A stretch of 45,751 nucleotides of DNA from a bacterium (GTDB lineage: Bacteria; SZUA-182; DTGQ01; JAFGSM01), in the NCBI GenBank assembly GCA_049472335.1, contig JBLIRO010000042.1, positions 1 to 45,751 on the forward strand, in the 5' to 3' direction. The position numbers and the translations under genes were made by a program. Position 1 is the stretch's first letter. Every line of letters begins with the position of its first letter. Below are positions 39,196 through 45,751 of this stretch, in pieces. The notes below the pieces were generated by a model, which did not search any database, was not told where the DNA came from, and worked only from the letters and a program-made list of their open reading frames with translations.

Positions 39196-39816
39196 TTTTT
39201 TCAGATACTCGTTGTCCTTTGGCAGCTAATCAAAGCTATGCTTATAATCATTAAAAATAAGATTCAAACATTATAAAATTTACTCAACTTATTTAGCATT
39301 AATCATCTTTCTCTGGGCAAAACATAAAAATGCCAAGCTCATATATAGCTTCGCCCCCTTAATTACAAATATATAATTTAATAACATTTTATTTGTTTTA
39401 AATGCGTGCTTATTTTTCAATGCTCGCAAGATCAGGTCTTGAAATATTGACAGCAAGCTTAAAAAAATTGTGAATGAATTTATTCTTCCGTTTTCATATT
39501 TAAAGACCTAACCCCACTTAATATCTTTAAAACAAATTAATGTTATAAAATTTATCAATTGGATAAGATTTTCATTTTAAGACCTGCCGACCTTATGGGG
39601 AGTCTCAACTATCATATTAATCGTCATTATGAACGATATAAATCAGTGTCAGTTTGGGAAAATTTTATTTGTTTTTCTTGAGATGGTTCCTGTATTTTAT
39701 TAAGGCATATTTGTCTGAGAAGAAAAGGCATCAAACTCTGATAGGATTTTATATCCCTAATAGGCTGAAACTTTATAATATCTTCACCTTTAAGGTGAAT
39801 CATAACAAATTCACAA

Positions 39817-41442
39817 TTACTTAAAAATCATGGGCTTGGCAATTAACTCTTTAATGGATAATCCTATTTGTGAATTTTTAATTAATACAAACAAATATGA
39901 ATTCTTAAATATCAAAGCTAATATTGAAGAAATAAAAATAACGAGTATCGAGAAAAAGATGAGGTTATGTCTTCTTTTTTTCTTAATATCGTCATTAGCC
40001 ACTATTTTAGGTATACCAACTACCAATGGATATTCAAAATATTTTTTTACTTCATTTATACTATTAAAAGAGTTATCCAATATATCCAATAAATAAATAG
40101 CACCAAAACCGATACCTAAACCAATAATCATACCAAATAATATTGATCTGGGTTTATTAGGTTTACTTGGTAATAGAGGCAATTGAGCTGCATCTATAAC
40201 CTGAAAATTATGAATTCCTCCGCTTTGTTTTATCTCAAGCTCCCTGGAAATCCTTGCTTCCTCCAGTTTATTTAATAATATCTGATAGATCTCTACATTA
40301 ACACTATACCCCCTTTTCAGTCGAGCCAACTCTTGTTCTTGCTTTGGAATACTCTCGACCTTATTCTTATACAACTTTATCTTTTCTTTATATTCATCTA
40401 TACGAGAATTAAGTATATTTATTTGAATATTAACTTTATTTAAATTCTCTTTTATCTGTTGATAAATTGGATTCAAAGTCTCGGTTGTCAATTCTCCTTC
40501 TTTGTTTTTTTCATCCACAACTTCTTTATTTTTATTTTTAGATAGTCTTTCTTCTATTTCTTCTATCTCTTTTTTGATTCTAATAACATCAGGATAATTT
40601 TCAGTATAGCTGGTTAAAAGAAAACTTAATTGCGCATTCAACTGAGTTAATCGCCCCTCCAAATCATTTTTATTACTTGAGCTAAATGCCAGGATAAGTG
40701 GTTTCTCTTTAGAAAGCTGCTCTTTTAATAAAGATCCTTCTAAATGTGCTTCTTTGAGTTGTATTTCAGTTTCAACCAATAATCTTTGATATTTCTCTAA
40801 ATTTACAAAATTAATATTTTCTTCTCCAGGAAGTTGTCCTAAATTCTTTTCTTTAAATTCTCTTAAAGCATTTTCCGACTCTTCAAGCTTTTTCCTGTAA
40901 ATCTCTAATTGGTCTTCTATGAAAGAAAAAGCATCATGAGCAGCCACTCTTGAAGCGGCAAGATTCTCTTCGATAAAGATATTACAAAGAGTATTGACAA
41001 CATTCTTCACTATTTCCGGAATGTCCCCCTCATATGAAATAGAATAAAGATTCTTGCCTATTACCTCTATGTTGATGGACTTTCTCATCCTATTAATCAA
41101 ATTTTCTAATTCCAACGGGGAATCGATTTCAAGATCAAGATCTAATTTTCTTATAACGTTTAACAGTCTGCTCCTGCTTAAAACTAATTCCCTTATCGTA
41201 TTTAGCCTTTCATCCGCATCTGAGGATACGGCAAGACCCCGAATTAAAGGATTGATCAGGGTCTCTTTCTCATATAATATAGTTGCTGTGGATTTATAGA
41301 CTTTTTTGGCTGTGTAACTGTAAATAACGCTTAATATTGTAACTAACGCAAAAACACAAAAAAACAAGTATCTTTTCCGGGATATCATGTTCAAATATTT
41401 TGTTATTTCGGATCTGATTTCTGGTTTCTGTTTGTTTGGCAT
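39817..41442 (-). CDS. Polysaccharide chain-length determinant / co-polymerase without a tyrosine-kinase domain
   Basis: N-terminal TM, long coiled coil, YTENYPDV, Pro-rich motif before the second TM, additional C-terminal TM; no Walker A. Confidence 0.9.
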   Translation of the reverse strand: MPNKQKPEIRSEITKYLNMISRKRYLFFCVFALVTILSVIYSYTAKKVYKSTATILYEKETLINPLIRGLAVSSDADERLNTIRELVLSRSRLLNVIRKLDLDLEIDSPLELENLINRMRKSINIEVIGKNLYSISYEGDIPEIVKNVVNTLCNIFIEENLAASRVAAHDAFSFIEDQLEIYRKKLEESENALREFKEKNLGQLPGEENINFVNLEKYQRLLVETEIQLKEAHLEGSLLKEQLSKEKPLILAFSSSNKNDLEGRLTQLNAQLSFLLTSYTENYPDVIRIKKEIEEIEERLSKNKNKEVVDEKNKEGELTTETLNPIYQQIKENLNKVNIQINILNSRIDEYKEKIKLYKNKVESIPKQEQELARLKRGYSVNVEIYQILLNKLEEARISRELEIKQSGGIHNFQVIDAAQLPLLPSKPNKPRSILFGMIIGLGIGFGAIYLLDILDNSFNSINEVKKYFEYPLVVGIPKIVANDDIKKKRRHNLIFFSILVIFISSILALIFKNSYLFVLIKNSQIGLSIKELIAKPMIFK

Positions 41443-41799
41443 TTTGATTCCTTTTTTTATAATACTTTAAGTCTGTAATATATTTCTCGTTAACAATTTA
41501 ATTAACAATTAAATCTCCTTAAAAAATACAGGTATAATCTTTATTCGGTTAAAAAATTAATTTTTCTTTGAGATCTCTAAAAATAATTATCTTAAGGGTA
41601 TTTTTAACTGGAGGCGTATCTGAATGGAATATCTTATTTCAACAAATCAAGCCTCGGGAAAACAGCTAAAATATGCGGGAATCAAAATCAGACTCTTTTA
41701 TTCAATCTTTTTATTCGAAGAAAAGCCTGGATATGAAAAACCCAACAAAATATCAAATCGGGCTTGAAAAATGGATATGATTTGCCTAAAAACTAACTA

Positions 41800-43191
41800 T
41801 TATCTTGCTCCTTTTCTGCTAAGAACAATAAAAATAGTCCTCAAGATAATAATAATATCAAGAAAAAGAGAAATATTCTTAATGTAATAGAGATCATATT
41901 GAAGCTTTTCTACGGCATCTACAAGATTGGCTCCATATTTATAATTTACAGCTGCCCAACCAGTTATGCCGGGTTTTACTGAATGTCTCTGATCATAATA
42001 GGGAATCTGGGGAGCCAATTTCTTTACAAAATAGGGACGTTCGGGGCGTGGACCAACAAAACTCATATCACCTTTCAGGACATTAATCATTTGAGGAATT
42101 TCATCAATGTGCAATCTTCGAATAATCTTTCCCACACGTGTAATACGAGGGTCATTTTCCTCAGCCCATACTGGTCCGGTGTATTTTTCTGCATCTATCT
42201 TCATGGATCTAAATTTTATCAGATTAAAAACCCGGCCATTCTCACCAATTCGCTCCTGCTTGAAGATGATTGGACCTTTTGATTCCAATTTAATAATTAA
42301 AGCTGTGAATATGGAGATTGGCAGACTCAATATCAAGCCAATAATTGAAAGCAGCATGTCAAAGATTCTTTTTCCCAATTTAATCAATCTTGTCTTCTTG
42401 AATCCTTGAGCAAAAATTAACCAACTGGGCCGCAAACCATCCAGTAAAATTTTGCCTCTAAAATGTTCATAAAAGGTATGCAGGTCCAAGACCTCTGTCC
42501 CTTTAAATTTACATCTGACAAGATTATTTGCAGGCAATTCTCCTCTAGCTTGTGGACAAAATACAATAACTTTTTTTACTTTCTCTTTTTCTATTATTGA
42601 CTCAAGATCTTCTGCCAATCCTATAACCTTTGGGTTTACAATGCTCTTTCCAAGCAACGACGGATCATTACCTATGAATCCTACAACCTTAAATTTTCTA
42701 CGATTATCCGACAAAATCTCTCTTACTACCCTTTTACTTAACTCATCAGTTCCAAAGAATAAAATTTTTTGTTGTAGATCAATTTTTGAAATAAAACAAT
42801 AATAAAATATTCTTCGCCAGAATAAAATAAAAATACAAGCAAGCATAGAAGAAAAAAGGCACCAATAATAAGGAAAAATTTCTCTAAACAATATATACAA
42901 AATTACTGAAACAATAACAAATGAAAAAATGCATCTAAATATTAGCAATTTTTTTTGTTCTCTTTTATCTATTTTGAAAAACTGATTAATAAAAAATATA
43001 ATCATACTTGTTAGAATGAGAATAACTAAGAATGGGGAAGTTAAATAGAATTCTTCTAAATCAACTGTGTTAAAAAAAATCCTTTCAGATATTTCAAAAA
43101 AAAATACTCCAATTGATAATAAAATAAGAGCATCAACCAAAAATAACAAAAAGGAAAGTTTCAGGGAAGGTTTTTCTAAATATTTAAGCAT
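41800..43191 (-). CDS. Priming sugar (phosphoglycosyl) transferase, PEP-CTERM system associated
   Basis: KRIFD, KFRSM, DPRITRVG, DEIPQ, GPRPERP, KPGITGWA and YDLYY motifs. Confidence 0.95.
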   Translation of the reverse strand: MLKYLEKPSLKLSFLLFLVDALILLSIGVFFFEISERIFFNTVDLEEFYLTSPFLVILILTSMIIFFINQFFKIDKREQKKLLIFRCIFSFVIVSVILYILFREIFPYYWCLFSSMLACIFILFWRRIFYYCFISKIDLQQKILFFGTDELSKRVVREILSDNRRKFKVVGFIGNDPSLLGKSIVNPKVIGLAEDLESIIEKEKVKKVIVFCPQARGELPANNLVRCKFKGTEVLDLHTFYEHFRGKILLDGLRPSWLIFAQGFKKTRLIKLGKRIFDMLLSIIGLILSLPISIFTALIIKLESKGPIIFKQERIGENGRVFNLIKFRSMKIDAEKYTGPVWAEENDPRITRVGKIIRRLHIDEIPQMINVLKGDMSFVGPRPERPYFVKKLAPQIPYYDQRHSVKPGITGWAAVNYKYGANLVDAVEKLQYDLYYIKNISLFLDIIIILRTIFIVLSRKGAR

Positions 43192-43511
43192 ATCTTACAG
43201 GCCCAACAAAAATTTAATTATTAAACTCAATGTTTCTCAAATTATTTTAGTTCATTTTAATAATTTAAATGTATGGATATTGCCTAAGACAATTAATTAT
43301 CATTGACATTATTTATTCCTTTAACAAAAAATATATTAAAAAAATATTTAAGTAGAAATCAATGAGGAAAATTAGTGATAAAACCTTGGAGAAATATGAT
43401 ATAACAATGCAGTTAATTTAATAGAGATGTGGTTAATCAATAAGATGTAAATAAAACAAAACTTGTCAAGAAAATCCTGACTTTTAGTATCAGCTATTTT
43501 TGTTTTTACCA

Positions 43512-43539
43512 ATTGTATGTCATTTAAATGACATACAAT
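43512..43539. promoter_or_regulatory. Perfect 28-bp palindrome ATTGTATGTCATTTAAATGACATACAAT, candidate operator
   Basis: Exact self-complement with core TGTCA-N6-TGACA, in the divergent intergenic region; regulatory role is inferred. Confidence 0.65.
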
Positions 43540-44126
43540 AAAACTGTAAAAAGACTTAATAAATTCTTTTAAATTTTAACAAATATTTTCTGCTTAGTAT
43601 TTATAATATAAATATATATTATTAAAAAAACAATGTTTTTTCAATATGAAGAACTATGATTGTTTTCATAAGAAAAAACTCTATTTTTTAAATAGGGATT
43701 TTTTGATATTTTAAGGAGTCAAAGTGTTTTTAATTTTTTATATTTTATAGTTAAATTCTTTTAATTCAATTAGATTTGTAGAAGGTGACTTTAAAAATTT
43801 ATTAAATTTTTTGCAGATAATATGATTTTTTTGATGATTTCGACCGGATCATCACTTATCTTGATGAATAAGATTTAGATAACTTTATACTATTTTTTAT
43901 TTATAGCGTAATATTTTGATTTATCTTACGTCTATTTAAAATTAAGCCAAATTTGAAAAATTCATAAAATATTTAATGGGACTCACTGGAATTTAAAACT
44001 AAAGGCCAGCAAAGACTTATGGTTTTTAACAATCCTTACTAATATTTAATATATCTCTATCTATTTTTTTAATAAATTTTTCACTTGTACACATGATGAG
44101 CTTAGTTTTCAATAGGAGTTGTTATT

Positions 44127-45751
44127 ATGCCACCTTTACAATCACGCAATCTACTTTTCCATTACACGTTCCCCTTCTATCTTTGTTTCCTCAGTCTTTT
44201 CATCATAATACTTCCTCTCAAAAAAAATGCCGATTCATTAGAACTAAAATTTACTTGGGATTCTTATGAAGAAGAGGATAATATTGTAGGCTACAGGATT
44301 TTTTGCCGTGAGGCAGGAAAACATTATGATTACAATAATCCTATATGGGAAGGAACCGAAAAATTCTGTACTCTTTCTAATCTGGATGACCAAAAGATAT
44401 ATTATTTTGTTTCCAGAGCTCTTAACATCCATGGAATTGACAGTAATGATTCCAATGAAAAGCGTTATGCACCATTAAATACAGCGCCAGTAGCTCTCGA
44501 AAAATCCATTTCTGTATATGAGGGAACCCCCATAGATATATTACTTGTTTCGACTGATACGGAAAATGATCCTCTTTCTTATATAATAATAACCCAGCCT
44601 GCCCATGGAAACTTATCAGGCAAAGCCCCTGACCTCACCTATACACCTGATGCCGGTTATTCAGGCTCGGACAGCTTTAGCTTCAAAGTCAATGACGGCA
44701 TTGCAGACTCCAACATAGCACAGGTAGTCATCACCATATATCCTTTGGAAGGTCCCCCCGATAATGATCCCATTACAAATTGCGCAATCTATGAAGATTC
44801 GGAAGACGGGACCATTCAAGGATGGATTATCTACGATGAAGATCCTTCGGGTGCATCAATCAGCAATGTTTTCGACATTGACCGCCAAAGCCGGGTAATC
44901 GAGCTTAAAGGCTCATTCAGAGACTATTGCTATCTTTTACATAATGTGGATGGCAGCAAATGGAATAACTTAAGTCAATTTACAGCAGGATGGCGTATGA
45001 AATGTTCCAGATATTTCATTGTTTATTTCAATATACATACAACAGCAGGGGACAAATACCTTTACTATACCCCGGTTGATCGCGATTCACTCGGAAGCGG
45101 ATATTATATCCATCACGGGGTGGGCTCAAAGGTTACAGACGGACATTGGTACAGCTTTGAGCGTAATTTGCAGGCCGATCTTGAAGAGGCTCAGCCAGGG
45201 GCGAGCATTTTGGAAGTAAACGGCTTTATGGTCTATGGCAGCGGACGGGTGGACGATATCATTCTATGTAAAGACACCAGCGCAGACAGCGGCGATATAC
45301 CCTCAAATTCACCGCCCATAGCTGACAATAAATCACTAATCACGGATGAAGACACTGCTATAAACATAACACTTACCGGTACGGATACGGATCTTGATCC
45401 TCTCTCTTATACGGTTATAACGCACCCCTTACATGGAACCTTATCAGGCACAGCCCCCACTCTTACCTATTCACCCAATGCCAACTATAACGGCACGGAC
45501 AATTTCACCTTTAAGGCTAACGATGGACAAGGGGATTCTAATATAGCTACTGTAAATATAACCATTATCCCTGTAAACGATCCTCCTGTAGCCAGTGCCA
45601 AAGCGTTCGACACACAAGAGGATGTGGCAATCAATAATACCTTGTCCGCTAGTGATATAGATGGGGATTGGTTGACTTATTCCATTATAACCAATGGCAT
45701 CAAAGGTAATGCCACTATAACCGATCCCTCAACCGGTGCCTTTACCTATAC
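44127..45751 (+). CDS. Large exported adhesin-like protein (3'-partial): Fn3, tandem Ig/cadherin-like ~95-aa repeats and a globular insert
   Basis: Hand translation: SD AGGAG, ATG 44127, MPPLQSRN... signal peptide, Fn3 FTWD..GYRIF..YYFVSRA, repeats N.PPVA...ED....TL...D.D.D.L.Y...HG.LSG....TY.P...Y.G.D.F.FK.NDG; open to the window end. Confidence 0.9.
   Translation, partial: MPPLQSRNLLFHYTFPFYLCFLSLFIIILPLKKNADSLELKFTWDSYEEEDNIVGYRIFCREAGKHYDYNNPIWEGTEKFCTLSNLDDQKIYYFVSRALNIHGIDSNDSNEKRYAPLNTAPVALEKSISVYEGTPIDILLVSTDTENDPLSYIIITQPAHGNLSGKAPDLTYTPDAGYSGSDSFSFKVNDGIADSNIAQVVITIYPLEGPPDNDPITNCAIYEDSEDGTIQGWIIYDEDPSGASISNVFDIDRQSRVIELKGSFRDYCYLLHNVDGSKWNNLSQFTAGWRMKCSRYFIVYFNIHTTAGDKYLYYTPVDRDSLGSGYYIHHGVGSKVTDGHWYSFERNLQADLEEAQPGASILEVNGFMVYGSGRVDDIILCKDTSADSGDIPSNSPPIADNKSLITDEDTAINITLTGTDTDLDPLSYTVITHPLHGTLSGTAPTLTYSPNANYNGTDNFTFKANDGQGDSNIATVNITIIPVNDPPVASAKAFDTQEDVAINNTLSASDIDGDWLTYSIITNGIKGNATITDPSTGAFTY

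Noticed and set aside
39316..39336. TTGGCA upstream of the deacetylase (and a similar one at 231) as sigma-54 promoters
   Set aside because: No GC at the required GG-N10-GC spacing.
1295..45219. Many 60-108 aa ORFs overlapping or antisense to the long genes
   Set aside because: Shadow ORFs nested in well-supported CDSs, with no recognisable motifs.
1..45751. Mobile elements, rRNA/tRNA genes, defence systems
   Set aside because: No transposase, integrase, RNA gene or defence-gene signature seen.

Overview
AT-rich bacterial window, probably from a deltaproteobacterium (Desulfobacterota); that assignment is inferred from gene content. It is almost entirely one PEP-CTERM/exosortase-associated exopolysaccharide (EPS) locus. 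Minus strand, right to left: priming sugar transferase, chain-length determinant without a kinase domain, polysaccharide deacetylase, EpsI, exosortase, methyltransferase, CapK-like ligase, four glycosyltransferases, outer-membrane beta-barrel, PP-loop amidotransferase, GT, Wzx, amino-acid dehydrogenase-like protein, FemAB-like GNAT, alpha/alpha-toroid protein, WecB, GT, Wzy/ligase, a 1252-aa Fn3/beta-helix surface protein, PrsT, a 477-aa unknown, a PEP-CTERM protein (sigma-54 promoter, two enhancer-like boxes, terminator), PrsK, PrsR and a short periplasmic OPX/Wza. Plus strand: a second beta-barrel paralog, a small Fn3 protein with a GCFI tail, and a large Fn3/Ig-repeat adhesin that is missing from the ORF track and runs off the right end. 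Most interesting signals: (i) an orphan C-terminal Fn3 A-strand on the large surface protein, while two exported Fn3 domains appear to lack that strand (possible donor-strand docking system); (ii) an unusual EPS-tailoring module; (iii) a short OPX with two barrel paralogs; (iv) contingency-type repeats in and upstream of the large surface protein gene; (v) a perfect 28-bp palindrome in the divergent promoter region. All family calls come from motif recognition by eye; no searches were run.
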